From an uncultured Chloroflexia bacterium (lineage in GTDB: Bacteria; Chloroflexota; Limnocylindria; Limnocylindrales; CSP1-4), in contig CAVVNQ010000004.1 in the NCBI GenBank assembly GCA_963749705.1, forward strand, positions 224,001 to 288,000: a stretch of DNA of 64,000 bases, given 5' to 3'. The translations under genes and the position numbers were made by a program. Below the pieces are notes generated by a model, which had not been told where the DNA came from, searched no databases, and saw only the letters and a program-made list of their open reading frames with translations. Positions 9,205 through 19,147 of this stretch are shown piece by piece (position 1 is the stretch's first letter; each line of letters begins with the position of its first letter).

Positions 9205-9666
9205 GTGCTCGACGAGGTCATCAACGGCTACGAGGCGCTGATGCAGCGGCTGGCCGACAGCCACGCGCCGGAGTTCCTCGAGATCGCGGTGACGATGCCC
9301 CAGGCCAAGCTGCTGTACCTGGTCGGGACGGCGGGCGAGCTCCACATGTCGGACCTCGTCCAGCGCCTCGGCGTCTCGCTGTCCACCGTGAGCGGCCTGG
9401 TCGACCGGATCGTGGACCAGGGGTACGCCTACCGGCGCGAGGACGCGGTCGATCGCCGCCAGGTCGTCGTCGGCCTGACCCCGGCCGGCGGCGAGTTCCT
9501 CGACCGGTTCCGGGAGCTCAACGCACGCCAGATGCGCGAGCTGCTCGAGCTGCTTGCGGACGACGACCTCGACATCGTTCGCCGTTCGCTCGTCGCGCTC
9601 ACCGCCGCCGCCACACGCCTGAACCCGACCGACCCCGAGCCATCCGCCCGAAAGGACCGTTCATGA
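9205..9666 (+). CDS. MarR family transcriptional regulator (start uncertain, frame open from 9037)
   Basis: VTMPQAKLL...LSTVSGLVDRIVDQGYAYRREDAVDRRQVVVGLT winged helix; ATGA-coupled to the RND gene. Confidence 0.88.
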   Translation: MLDEVINGYEALMQRLADSHAPEFLEIAVTMPQAKLLYLVGTAGELHMSDLVQRLGVSLSTVSGLVDRIVDQGYAYRREDAVDRRQVVVGLTPAGGEFLDRFRELNARQMRELLELLADDDLDIVRRSLVALTAAATRLNPTDPEPSARKDRS

Positions 9667-12600
9667 GCCGCCTGTCCGCGTTCGCCGTCAGCAAGCGGAG
9701 CGTCACGCTCCTGCTGGCGGCGGCCCTGTTCGTCGCCGGCCTGGCTGCCTGGGGCAGCCTCAAGCAGGAGCTGCTGCCGGACATCGAGTTCCCGGTGCTG
9801 ACGGTCATCGCGCCGCTCCCGGGCGCCGGTGCCGCCGACGTTGCCGAGCAGGTGACCAAGCCCATCGAGCGCGCGATCTCGGGTGTCCCCCGACTGGAAT
9901 CGCTGCAGTCGACGTCGGCCAACTCGATCGCGCTCGTGATCGCCCAGTTCTCCTACGGCACCGACGTCAAGGAGGTCCGGGCGCAGATCGAGCAGAACAT
10001 CCAGGCGGCGAACCTGCCCAGCGGCGTGACCCCGCAGGTGAGCGCGCTCAACATCAACGCCTCACCGGTGATCATCGCGTCGATCGCGGCAACCTCGGAG
10101 GACGGGCTGGCCGAGGCCGCCCGGATCGCGCAGACGGAGATCAGCCCGGCGCTGCTCGGCCTCGAGGGCGTCGCCAGCGTGGACATCACCGGCGGCGAGA
10201 CGCAGCGAGTGCTGGTCACGCTCGACCCGGCCAAGCTCACCGCGAGCGGCATCTCCGCATCCCAGGTGTCGAGCGTCCTGAGCGCCAACAACCTCACCTT
10301 CCCCGCCGGCCAGATCCAGGCGGACGGGACGAAGATCCCGGTGTCGACGATCGGCGCGTTCACCAGCGTCGACCAGATCCGATCGCTGGTGGTCGGCGTT
10401 GCGGCCGCGACCCCGGCCGCCGGGGCATCGGGTGCCGGCGCGACGCCGGGCGCCTCCGCAGCGCCCGCCGCGCCGGCGGCGCCGAAGCTGGTCACGATCG
10501 GCGACCTCGGCACGGTCGAGGTCGCAGGCGTGCCAACCACCGGCTACGCGCGGACCAACGGCCAGCCGGCCCTCTCGCTGTCGGTGTCCAAGACGTCGGC
10601 CGCGAACACGGTCCAGGTGGCCGAGGAGGTGACCGCCAAGCTCAAAGAGATCGGCGACCGCAACGGGTCCAGCGTCTCGATCACGATCGTGTCCGACCTG
10701 TCCTCGTTCATCATCGAATCGCGTGACGGCCTGCTCCGCGAAGGCGGCACCGGGGCCCTGTTCGCGGTCCTCACCATCTTCCTGTTCCTGTTCAGCCTGC
10801 GCTCGACGCTGGTGGCCGCGGTCAGCATCCCGCTGTCGCTGCTGACCGCGCTGGTCGTCATGCAGTTCAGCGGGATCTCGCTCAACATCATGACCCTGGG
10901 CGGGCTCGCGGTGGCGGTCGGCCGGGTGGTCGACGACGCGATCGTGGTCCTCGAGAACATCTATCGCCATCGATCGCTTGGCGAGAGCCGGCTCACGGCC
11001 GCGATCAACGGCCCCCGCGAGGTGGCCGGCGCGATCACCGCAGCCACGGTGACCACCGTCGGCGTGTTCCTTCCGCTGGGCTTCGTGGGCGGGCTGGTCA
11101 GCCAGTTCTTCCTGCCGTTCGCGCTCACGGTCACGTTCGCGCTGCTCGCCTCGCTGGTATGCGCGCTGACCGTGGTCCCGGTGCTCGCCTACCTGATCAT
11201 CGACCGCGTCAAGCTCAACGTGGACCAGGGCGGCGAGCCCCGGAACTCGTTCTGGATCCGCGCCTACACGCCGTCGATCAGTCTGGCGCTGCGCAACCGC
11301 TGGACCAAGTTCGGCGTGCTCGGGATCTCGATCCTGCTGTTCGTGTCGACGGGCATCATCGCGCCCCTGCTGCCGACCCAGTTCATCAACGCCGGGTCGG
11401 AGAAGATCGTCAGCGTCACGCTGGCGCCGCCGGCCGGGGTCAGCTCCGATGCCGTGCTCGAGCGCACCAAGCAGGCTGAGGCCATCCTCCAGGCCGACCC
11501 CAAGGTGCGGCTCGTCCAGAGCAGCGTCCCCGGGGAGGGAGACTCGGGCCTGCAGTCGATCACCGCCGCGTTCAGCGGCCGGCCGGCCAACAGCGCCCGG
11601 ATGACGGTACGGCTCGACGACGACGTCGATCTCACCGAGTACTCGAAGGTCCTCGCCGACGAGCTTGCGCCCGTCAGGACCGACGGCTACGACATCGCGG
11701 TATCGCAGGCCGCCGGGTTCACGTCCAACAACCTCAACGTGATCGTGTCGGGCAGCGACGCCGCACAGGTCGCCAAGGTGAACGACCTCGTGGTCGAGGC
11801 CCTGGGCGCCAACACCGCCCTGCTCAACCTCAAGTCGGACCTGTCCAAGGCGACGCCCGAGATCCAGGTCCGGCCCGATCCCAACAAGGCGATCCTGGTC
11901 GGCCTCACCGCGGCGCAGGTTGCCGGCGAGGTCCGCGGCGCCCTGGTCGGCTCCGTGGCCACGCACGTCCAGCTCGCCGACCAGCCCGGGCCGCTTGACG
12001 TGTTCGTCCAGCTGGACCCGACCCAGGTGACCACGCTCGCGCAGCTCCGCGCGCTGCCGGTCGGAACCGCGGCCAAGCAGCCTCTGGGCGCCATCGCGGA
12101 TGTCGAGCAGGTGGAGACGCAGGGTTCGATCACCCGGATCGATGAGTCGCCTGCGGCATCCATCAGCGCCGAGATCGCCTCGGCCGACACCGGCAAGGTC
12201 AGCCAGCAGGTGCAGCAGGCGATCAACGACCTGCGCACGGCGGGGTCGATCCCCGATGGCGTCGACGTCCGGCTGGCGGGTGTCACCCAGCAGCAGAACG
12301 AGGCCTTCGGTGGCCTGTTCTTCTCGATGGGCGTGGCCATCCTGGTCGTCTACCTCGCGATGGTCCTCACGTTCAACTCGCTGATCACGCCGTTCATCAT
12401 CCTGTTCAGCCTGCCGCTGGCCACGATCGGCGCCTTCCCGGCGCTGCTGCTCACCGGCCGCCCGATCGGCGTCAGCGCCCTGATCGGGTTCCTGATGCTG
12501 ATCGGCATCGTCGTCACCAATGCGATCGTCCTGCTCGACCTCGTCGAACGGCTGCGCTCGCAGGGGATGTCCACGCATGACGCGCTGATCGAGGGCGGAC

Positions 12601-12872
12601 GGACGCGGGTGCGGCCGATCCTGATGACCGCGATCGCCACGATCCTGGCGCTGATCCCGCTCGCCGCGGGCTTCAACCAGGGCTCGATCATCGCCGCCGA
12701 GCTGGGCACGGTCGTCATCGGTGGCCTGTTCAGCTCCACGTTCCTGACCCTGCTCCTGATCCCGGTCCTGTACTCGCTCGTGGACGGCGTCCGGCGTCGA
12801 TGGAGCGAACGCGGCGGCCGGGACGCCGCCGACGGCTCCGATGCCGCCGGTGGCACGGCCATGGCAACCTAG
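9663..12872 (+). CDS. AcrB/AcrD/AcrF family RND efflux transporter (SwrC-like)
   Basis: ELLPDIEFP, VTKPIE, GRVVDDAIVVLENI, GIVVTNAIVLLD and RVRPILMTA motifs; 1069 aa. Confidence 0.95.
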   Translation: MSRLSAFAVSKRSVTLLLAAALFVAGLAAWGSLKQELLPDIEFPVLTVIAPLPGAGAADVAEQVTKPIERAISGVPRLESLQSTSANSIALVIAQFSYGTDVKEVRAQIEQNIQAANLPSGVTPQVSALNINASPVIIASIAATSEDGLAEAARIAQTEISPALLGLEGVASVDITGGETQRVLVTLDPAKLTASGISASQVSSVLSANNLTFPAGQIQADGTKIPVSTIGAFTSVDQIRSLVVGVAAATPAAGASGAGATPGASAAPAAPAAPKLVTIGDLGTVEVAGVPTTGYARTNGQPALSLSVSKTSAANTVQVAEEVTAKLKEIGDRNGSSVSITIVSDLSSFIIESRDGLLREGGTGALFAVLTIFLFLFSLRSTLVAAVSIPLSLLTALVVMQFSGISLNIMTLGGLAVAVGRVVDDAIVVLENIYRHRSLGESRLTAAINGPREVAGAITAATVTTVGVFLPLGFVGGLVSQFFLPFALTVTFALLASLVCALTVVPVLAYLIIDRVKLNVDQGGEPRNSFWIRAYTPSISLALRNRWTKFGVLGISILLFVSTGIIAPLLPTQFINAGSEKIVSVTLAPPAGVSSDAVLERTKQAEAILQADPKVRLVQSSVPGEGDSGLQSITAAFSGRPANSARMTVRLDDDVDLTEYSKVLADELAPVRTDGYDIAVSQAAGFTSNNLNVIVSGSDAAQVAKVNDLVVEALGANTALLNLKSDLSKATPEIQVRPDPNKAILVGLTAAQVAGEVRGALVGSVATHVQLADQPGPLDVFVQLDPTQVTTLAQLRALPVGTAAKQPLGAIADVEQVETQGSITRIDESPAASISAEIASADTGKVSQQVQQAINDLRTAGSIPDGVDVRLAGVTQQQNEAFGGLFFSMGVAILVVYLAMVLTFNSLITPFIILFSLPLATIGAFPALLLTGRPIGVSALIGFLMLIGIVVTNAIVLLDLVERLRSQGMSTHDALIEGGRTRVRPILMTAIATILALIPLAAGFNQGSIIAAELGTVVIGGLFSSTFLTLLLIPVLYSLVDGVRRRWSERGGRDAADGSDAAGGTAMAT

Positions 12873-12938
12873 GGGGGAGCGTCACCGACCCGCGCGCATC
12901 GGCGCCAGCGGGCGCCCCACGAGCAAGGAGAAGCATCC

Positions 12939-13382
12939 ATGGGCATCACGCGTTTTGCCGAGACAACCTGGGCCGGCGACCTGGTCAGCGGAACGGGCTC
13001 GATCAACTACGTGAGCTCGGGCTCGATCACGCGGCTGCCGGTGACTTGGGCGTCGCGCACCGAGGAGCACAACGGGCGGACCAGCCCCGAGGAGCTGATC
13101 GCCGCGGCGCACGCCGCCTGCTTCTCGATGGCGTTCAGCAACGGGCTCGCGAAGAACGGCACGCCGGCGACGAAGCTCGACATCAGGTGCGTCGTGTCGT
13201 TCGACAAGGGCGATGCCGGCTGGGGGATCACCAGCAGCGCGCTCACCGTCAGCGGCACGGTGCCGGGGATCGACCAGGCGAAGTTCGCCGAGCTCGCCGA
13301 CGCGGCCAAGAACGGCTGCCCGGTGTCGCAGGCGCTCAAGGGGAACGTCGCCCTTTCGGTGGAGGCCACGCTCACCGACTGA
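12939..13382 (+). CDS. osmC: OsmC family peroxiredoxin
   Basis: TSPEELIAAAHAACFSMA and AKNGCPVSQAL catalytic Cys pair; AGGAG RBS. Confidence 0.93.
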   Translation: MGITRFAETTWAGDLVSGTGSINYVSSGSITRLPVTWASRTEEHNGRTSPEELIAAAHAACFSMAFSNGLAKNGTPATKLDIRCVVSFDKGDAGWGITSSALTVSGTVPGIDQAKFAELADAAKNGCPVSQALKGNVALSVEATLTD

Positions 13383-13487
13383 GCGGCGGCTCGGACCTCG
13401 GCCGCCAACCTGGAACGATGTCCCCGGGTGCCCGGACGGGGGTGCCCGGACTAGGGGGCCCGACGTCGTGCGCCGGTGCACCGAAGG

Positions 13488-13518
13488 TTGTCGAAAACTG
13501 AACCACAGCTTGTCGAAA
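13488..13518. promoter_or_regulatory. Direct repeat TTGTCGAAA x2 with 22-bp period, possible regulator site
   Basis: Identical 9-mers at 13488 and 13510, upstream of the secreted-protein gene. Confidence 0.35.
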
Positions 13519-13700
13519 CCTCGATCGACGCGTGCGCAACCGCAGATGCAGACTCTGCCGTTGGCAGGGTGGCTGAACCGCTCGGGGGCGGGTTCCACCA
13601 GCGCGGCGTCCCCATCCGGTCGCCAAGACCGCGCTGGGCCAATGGCGAGACCGACCCTGTGTACCCGCGGGACGAACCGCGAGAGAAAGGGTCAGCGCTC

Positions 13701-14483
13701 ATGGAGAGAGCCATACGCTTCAGGATCCTCGGATCCCTTGCCGTCGCGGCAGCGCTTGTGCTGCCAGCTGGGCCAGCGATGGCTGCCGGGCCAAAGGCGG
13801 CACCCGCGATCACGTGCTCCGGTGGTGCCATCTCATCAGGCACCTACCGCAGCGTCACGGTCACCGGCTTCTGCGGCGTTGCGCCGGACGCCGTGATCAC
13901 CATCGTCGGGAACCTGAACGTCGAAGCCGGTGCCTTCCTCGATGCGCAGAGCGCGCCGTCGACGATCACCGTCGGCCACAACGTCACCGCGGCGGCGGGT
14001 GCGCTCATGGGCCTGGGCTGCCAGCCGACCTCGCTGGTCCACAACACGGCACATCCGTGCACCGTCGAGCCGGACGGGCATTCGATGATCACGGTCAACG
14101 GGAACGTGACCGCCAATGGCGCGAACACCGTGCTGCTGAACGGGATCACGGTCAAGGGGAACGTCACGCTGACGGGAGGAGGCGGCGACATTCCCTGGTC
14201 GATCAAGAACAACGCGATCAGCGGCAACCTCACGGTGACCGAGGTGACGGCCGACTGGCTCGGCGTCCTGTTCAACACGATCGGCAAGAACGCGACGCTG
14301 ACCAAGATCACCGTGACCGATCCGGGCGACGAAGGCCGCCTCGCGTTCGTCGTTCAGAACACGATCGGGCGGAACCTCAGCTGCATGGGCATTGACCCCG
14401 GTGTGGCCGGAGGCCTGTTCCCCGGCGAGCCCAAGAACGTCGTCGGCGGTCACGCGCTCGGTCAGTGCGCATCACTGGTCTGA
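13701..14483 (+). CDS. Hypothetical secreted protein, beta-solenoid-like
   Basis: Signal peptide (MERAIRFRILGSLAVAAALVLPAGPAMA-A); repeated T-V-x-G-N-[VL]-T motifs; six Cys. Confidence 0.7.
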   Translation: MERAIRFRILGSLAVAAALVLPAGPAMAAGPKAAPAITCSGGAISSGTYRSVTVTGFCGVAPDAVITIVGNLNVEAGAFLDAQSAPSTITVGHNVTAAAGALMGLGCQPTSLVHNTAHPCTVEPDGHSMITVNGNVTANGANTVLLNGITVKGNVTLTGGGGDIPWSIKNNAISGNLTVTEVTADWLGVLFNTIGKNATLTKITVTDPGDEGRLAFVVQNTIGRNLSCMGIDPGVAGGLFPGEPKNVVGGHALGQCASLV

Positions 14484-14808
14484 CCTAGCTCGAACCTTGC
14501 CGTCCGCCTCCCGCTGGCACCAGCGGGCGGCGGGCGGGCGCTGTCACTCGTCAGCGCGGCCACCTTGAAATCCGGTGGTCCTGGCCGCCCCGAATCCCGG
14601 ACCCTCGTCGTGAGATCCGATGCGCCTGCCTCGTCCGTGTCGCCCGCGTGTACCCGGGCGGCGCGCGAGGATGTCCGCTCCGGTCCGCCATCCCGCGAGG
14701 GGAAGGACCATCGGTGACAGCACCGAGTGCCAACGGGCACTTGCCCGGCCGTGGCGCACCCGGATGATGCCTCTGGCGTCCGAGCCGGCGGATCGGAGAC
14801 CACGACCG

Positions 14809-16293
14809 ATGACCTCAGCACCGAGGATCCCGTTCGCACGCGTGCCCGTGCTCGCGATCGCGGGCCTGGTCGTGATCGGGCTGCTGGTGCTCTCGCCGCT
14901 GTACGGGTTCCACCGCGACGAGCTCTACTTCATCGTCGCCGGGCAGCACCCGGCACTCGGCTACGACGACCAGGGGCCATTGACGCCGCTGCTCTCGGCG
15001 GCTGCGGTCGCGCTGCTGGGCGCGTCGCCGACGGCCATCAGGATCCTGCCCGCGCTCGCGGTGGGTGCCTGTGTCGTCCTGGCGGGACTCCTCGCGTGCG
15101 ACCTCGGCGGCAGCCGGCGTGCCCAGGTGATCGCCGCAGCCACGCTCGCGGCCTCCGGGTACCTCGCCGCGGGACACCTCGACTCGACCACGACCTTCGA
15201 CCTCCTGGCCTGGACCGTGGTCCTGTGGCTCGTGGTGCGCCTGCTCGCCGGTGCCGACCCGCGGCTGTGGCTGGCGGTCGGCGTGACCGTGGGCGTCGGG
15301 CTGGAGAACAAGCTCATCCTGCTGTTCCTCGGCGCCGGTCTGGTCGGCGGCCTCGTGCTGGCGCGCCGCTGGGACATCCTGCGGTCGCCCTGGGCCTGGG
15401 CCGGGCTCGCCATCGCCGTCCTGATCTGGGTCCCCAACCTGGCCTGGCAGGCGTCGAACGGGTTCCCGCAGCTGGAGATGGCGGGGCGCATCAGCGGCGG
15501 GTCGGACAGCCGCGTCAAGCTGGTCCCGGAGATCCTCCTGCTCGCCGGTCCGCTGCTGTTCCCGATCTCGTTCGCGGGAGCGTGGTGGCTGGCACGCGAC
15601 CCCGCGGCGCGACCGTGGCGGGCCGTCGGCTATGCCGTCCCGCTCCTGCTGCTGCTGGTCGTCGCAACCGGTGGCAAGAGCTACTACGTCGCCGGGACGT
15701 ATGCGCCGCTGATGGCCGGCGGCGCCATCGTCGTCGACCGCTGGCTGCCCCGCGGGCGGCCGTTGCTGCGACGGGGTGCGCTTCTGGCGTCAGGGACGGC
15801 ATCCCTCGCCATCACCGCGGTGCTGGTGCTGCCGATCCTGCCGCCGGCGACGTTCGCCGCGTCGCCGGTCCCCGACATCTACGCGGAATCATCGGAGCAG
15901 CTCGGCTGGCCCGAGCTCGTCGACACGGTCGCACGCGTCGCTGCGGACCTGTCGGCGGATCAGCGCGCTCGGGCCGTGATCCTGACCGACAACTACGGGG
16001 AGGCCGGGGCGATCGAGCTGCTCGGATCCGGGCTGCCGCCGGTCTACTCGGGCCATAACGCGTACGCCCGCTGGGGCCCGCCCTCGGACGACCGGACGAC
16101 CGCGATCGTGGTCACCCATGCGACGAGCTCGGACTTCGCAACCTACTGGGACCTCGGGACATGCCGACTGGTCGCGAACGTCGACAACGAGCTCGATCTC
16201 GCAAACCAGGAGCAGGGCGTGGGCGTCTGGGTCTGCCCCGAGGTGACCGTCCCGTGGTCCGGGCACTGGGCGCGGATCGCACACCTCGACTGA
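14809..16293 (+). CDS. Glycosyltransferase family 39 (ArnT/PMT-like, GT-C) membrane protein
   Basis: YGFHRDELYF, GYDDQGPLTP, GLENK, PNLAWQ and NYGEAGAI...YSGHN motifs. Confidence 0.85.
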   Translation: MTSAPRIPFARVPVLAIAGLVVIGLLVLSPLYGFHRDELYFIVAGQHPALGYDDQGPLTPLLSAAAVALLGASPTAIRILPALAVGACVVLAGLLACDLGGSRRAQVIAAATLAASGYLAAGHLDSTTTFDLLAWTVVLWLVVRLLAGADPRLWLAVGVTVGVGLENKLILLFLGAGLVGGLVLARRWDILRSPWAWAGLAIAVLIWVPNLAWQASNGFPQLEMAGRISGGSDSRVKLVPEILLLAGPLLFPISFAGAWWLARDPAARPWRAVGYAVPLLLLLVVATGGKSYYVAGTYAPLMAGGAIVVDRWLPRGRPLLRRGALLASGTASLAITAVLVLPILPPATFAASPVPDIYAESSEQLGWPELVDTVARVAADLSADQRARAVILTDNYGEAGAIELLGSGLPPVYSGHNAYARWGPPSDDRTTAIVVTHATSSDFATYWDLGTCRLVANVDNELDLANQEQGVGVWVCPEVTVPWSGHWARIAHLD

Positions 16294-16391
16294 CGCGCCC
16301 GGAGCCGCGCACGACGACGAGCCCGTGGCCCGCGACGGGCGTCCCGTCGGTTGACGCATCCCCCGAGCCCGGATCGGCCGGGGTGTGTCGG

Positions 16392-17258
16392 TCAGGCTGG
16401 ACCCTCGGACGGAACGTAGCCGAGACGGCCTCGGGTCGCGACGATCAGGACCACGGACAGCGAACCCAGCGCGAGCAGCCCGACGGCGAGGGCCGAGCTC
16501 GCCACGACGAAGGCCGCCAGCGCCGCGTTGATGCTCGCGTGCGCCAGCATGACGAGCAGCAGGCTGCCCTGCGTGCGGTTGAACAGCCAGGTCATGACCG
16601 GCGCGATCGCGACGACCATGACCAGGAACGTGACGATCAGGACCGGGTCGAGACCGCCATTCTCATCGGCCCACTCCGGCACCAGGTACTGGGGCAGGTG
16701 CCACGCCGCCCACAGGGCACCGAGCACCAGCGTCGCACGCAGGGCTCCCATCCGGGCCTGCATGCGAGGCAGGGCAAATCCGCGCCAGCCCGGCTCCTCG
16801 AACAGCGGCCCGCTGAAGAAGCCCACGGCCATGTAGACCAGGAACTCGATGGCCGGCTTCACGACCGACGCATCCCCCAGGCCGATGAGCGCCCCGGGAA
16901 TGACCATCGCAGCCAGGATGGAGGCCGCCGGGATGCCCAGCAGCGCGAACGCATACCAGCGGCGCGCGACCCGCCAGATCCGGATCCGAGCCAGGAGGCG
17001 ACGCCGACCTGCCGGTCCGTCGAGCATGCCGGCCATCACCAGCGCCGCAATCGTGGGGCCCAGCGTCTGGAGCAGGATGACCAGGGCCGCCGGCAGCCCC
17101 AGCAGCCCGTACAGGACCAGCAGCATCGCCCACGAAACCGCGTACGCGAGCGCAAAGAACGCGACGATGGGGTGCCGGCGCATGACCGAGGTCAGCGCGG
17201 CCGACCCGAGCAGGGAATGCCGACCCGAGACCGGGACGGGGGAGGCGTGTGTGTTCAC
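16392..17258 (-). CDS. CPBP (Abi/CAAX-like) intramembrane glutamic endopeptidase
   Basis: EEPGWRG, WAAWHLP and HASIN motifs; multi-TM. Confidence 0.9.
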   Translation of the reverse strand: MNTHASPVPVSGRHSLLGSAALTSVMRRHPIVAFFALAYAVSWAMLLVLYGLLGLPAALVILLQTLGPTIAALVMAGMLDGPAGRRRLLARIRIWRVARRWYAFALLGIPAASILAAMVIPGALIGLGDASVVKPAIEFLVYMAVGFFSGPLFEEPGWRGFALPRMQARMGALRATLVLGALWAAWHLPQYLVPEWADENGGLDPVLIVTFLVMVVAIAPVMTWLFNRTQGSLLLVMLAHASINAALAAFVVASSALAVGLLALGSLSVVLIVATRGRLGYVPSEGPA

Positions 17259-17280
17259 CGCAGTCGCTCCATCGATTCCG

Positions 17281-18024
17281 CTACATGGTCCGGTACACGA
17301 GCACCAGGGCGAGCAGGCCGACGACGTCGGCGGCGTAATGGGTCGCCCAGGTGACCAGCAGGTTGTGGGTCTTCGCGTAGATCAGCCCGAAGAAGACGCC
17401 GTCGAGCGTGACCCCGGCGATGTCGGCCAGCACGGCCGCCGGGCTGCCGGAGGTGCCGACGGCGTGCGCCAGCCCGAACAGGACGGCCGCCAGGAGGATC
17501 GCCGCCGGGGTGCCGACGAACGAGCTCAGGTACTCCTGGATCGTGGCCCGATAGACGATCTCCTCCACCAGGGTGAGCACGAGCGCGAGCGCCAGCAGGC
17601 TCCCGACGGCGGCCAGCCCGGCCCCGGAGCCGACATCGACCGGGAGGCGCGCCGTGATGTGGTCGACGAGCTCGCCCCCATGGCCGAACAGGAACGCGAT
17701 CCCGAGGGCCGGGGGCAGCACCTGAAACACGACCGCGTCCAGCGTGGCCAGGTGCCAGACGCGCCTGAGGTCACCGACGAACCCGCGCTTGACGCCGAGC
17801 TCGCTCCACGGGCGGCCGTAGCGTCGCGGCCCGCCCACCGCATACGAGGCGATCATGATGTAGGCGAAGATGAACACGTCCTGGCCGTTGAGCAGCGACA
17901 CCGCCAGGGTGATCAGGAACAGCACCAGCAGCCCGGCCGGGACCCAGCGGATCCGGCGCTCGTGGGACAGACGGCGCCGTCCGGGAGCGGCGCCATAGGG
18001 TAGCGATCCAGCCGGATGGCTCAT
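17281..18024 (-). CDS. CPBP family intramembrane protease (second copy, divergent)
   Basis: EEIVYR, FGLAH and HYAAD motifs; GGAGG RBS before ATG 18024. Confidence 0.85.
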   Translation of the reverse strand: MSHPAGSLPYGAAPGRRRLSHERRIRWVPAGLLVLFLITLAVSLLNGQDVFIFAYIMIASYAVGGPRRYGRPWSELGVKRGFVGDLRRVWHLATLDAVVFQVLPPALGIAFLFGHGGELVDHITARLPVDVGSGAGLAAVGSLLALALVLTLVEEIVYRATIQEYLSSFVGTPAAILLAAVLFGLAHAVGTSGSPAAVLADIAGVTLDGVFFGLIYAKTHNLLVTWATHYAADVVGLLALVLVYRTM

Positions 18025-18212
18025 GCCCAACCTCCACCGCGGAGGTTCCCCGTGCAGGGCGCGCGCAGCAAAGTGCCGAACGATGGAAATGGACGGGAGA
18101 TCGCGCCCGGCGCCGGGGAGGCGAGCGGCGCACCGCGGCGCCGCGCGCCGGCGTCACGCCTCCCGAGACCCGCGACTCAGGGCGGTGCCTCTGCTGCGAT
18201 ACAGTTCAGGCA

Positions 18213-19058
18213 ATGATCCAGGGCGAGGCCTTCGGGCAGGCGTGGAGCGCGTCACTCCGCCGCGCAAGCGTCGATGAGTTGCGCGCATGGCTCGATTTCG
18301 CTCATGCGTCGGCCGATCTGGCGGACGACATCGCCCGCTCGTCGTTCCGGCGCGAGCTCGCGATCTCGACCAAGGCCGATGGTTCATCGGTCACCGACGC
18401 GGACCTCCGCATCGAGGAGCTGATCCGAGCTCGGATTGCGTCGAGCTTCCCTGGCCACCGGATCACGGGCGAGGAGCACGGACGCGACGAGGACGATGAC
18501 GGCGTTCGCTGGTATGTCGATCCGATTGACGGCACGCACAACTTCATTCGGGGAATCCCCCTGTTTGCGACCCTGATCGCGGCAGAGTGTGGTGGCGAGA
18601 TCCAGGTCGGACTCATCAGCGCGCCGGCGCTCCGCCAACGGTGGTTCGCGGCGCGGGGTCTCGGGGCCTGGATGACGGATGGTCCGGACGTCAGGCGCCA
18701 GCTCGCCGTTTCCGGTGTCGACGTATTGACGCACGCATCGGTGCAGTTCCGCTCGATCACGGACATGGCCGCCTCACGCGTGTCCGATGGTTTCGATGCG
18801 CTGCTGGCTGAGGTCGACCACGCGGGCGGCCTGGGCGACTTCTTCGGCTACACCCTCGTCGCGGGCGGTTCCGCCGAGGGCATGATGGAACAGGACCTGG
18901 GACCCTGGGATCTCGCTGCGCCGTGGGTCATCGTGGAGGAGGCGGGCGGACGGATCACGGACTTCGACGGCCGCCGGAGCCTCGAGCGGGGCGAAGGGTT
19001 GGCCACCAACGGGATCCTCCACCGGCCCATCCTGAGCGTCCTCCGAAGCGGCAGCTAG
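18213..19058 (+). CDS. Inositol monophosphatase family protein (HisN histidinol-phosphatase-like)
   Basis: KADGSSVTDAD, GEE, WYVDPIDGTHNF and PWDLAA...EAGG motifs; TACAGT 7 nt before ATG. Confidence 0.9.
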   Translation: MIQGEAFGQAWSASLRRASVDELRAWLDFAHASADLADDIARSSFRRELAISTKADGSSVTDADLRIEELIRARIASSFPGHRITGEEHGRDEDDDGVRWYVDPIDGTHNFIRGIPLFATLIAAECGGEIQVGLISAPALRQRWFAARGLGAWMTDGPDVRRQLAVSGVDVLTHASVQFRSITDMAASRVSDGFDALLAEVDHAGGLGDFFGYTLVAGGSAEGMMEQDLGPWDLAAPWVIVEEAGGRITDFDGRRSLERGEGLATNGILHRPILSVLRSGS

Positions 19059-19124
19059 CTTCGCGGCCCCGGGGCCGAACCGACGGCTCAGCAGGCATGG
19101 TCCCAGGCCGTCTTGACGCGATGC

Positions 19125-19141
19125 AAGATGTCTGACATCTT
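19125..19141. promoter_or_regulatory. Perfect palindrome AAGATGTC-T-GACATCTT; likely GntR/HutC operator overlapping the gntR promoter
   Basis: Perfect 8-1-8 inverted repeat just downstream of TTGACG (-35-like, 19113) and 6 nt upstream of the ATG at 19148. Confidence 0.75.
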
Positions 19142-19147
19142 ACGACG

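Noticed and set aside
10062-12578. 838-aa antisense ORF (also 52444-55227, 40716-42662 and 58799-60856)
   Set aside because: Antisense shadows of real high-GC genes; Arg/Gly-rich with no motifs
13530-13700. Possible riboswitch in the long leader (also 1790-1960)
   Set aside because: GC hairpins are possible, but I recognised no conserved riboswitch motif; an Infernal/Rfam search is needed
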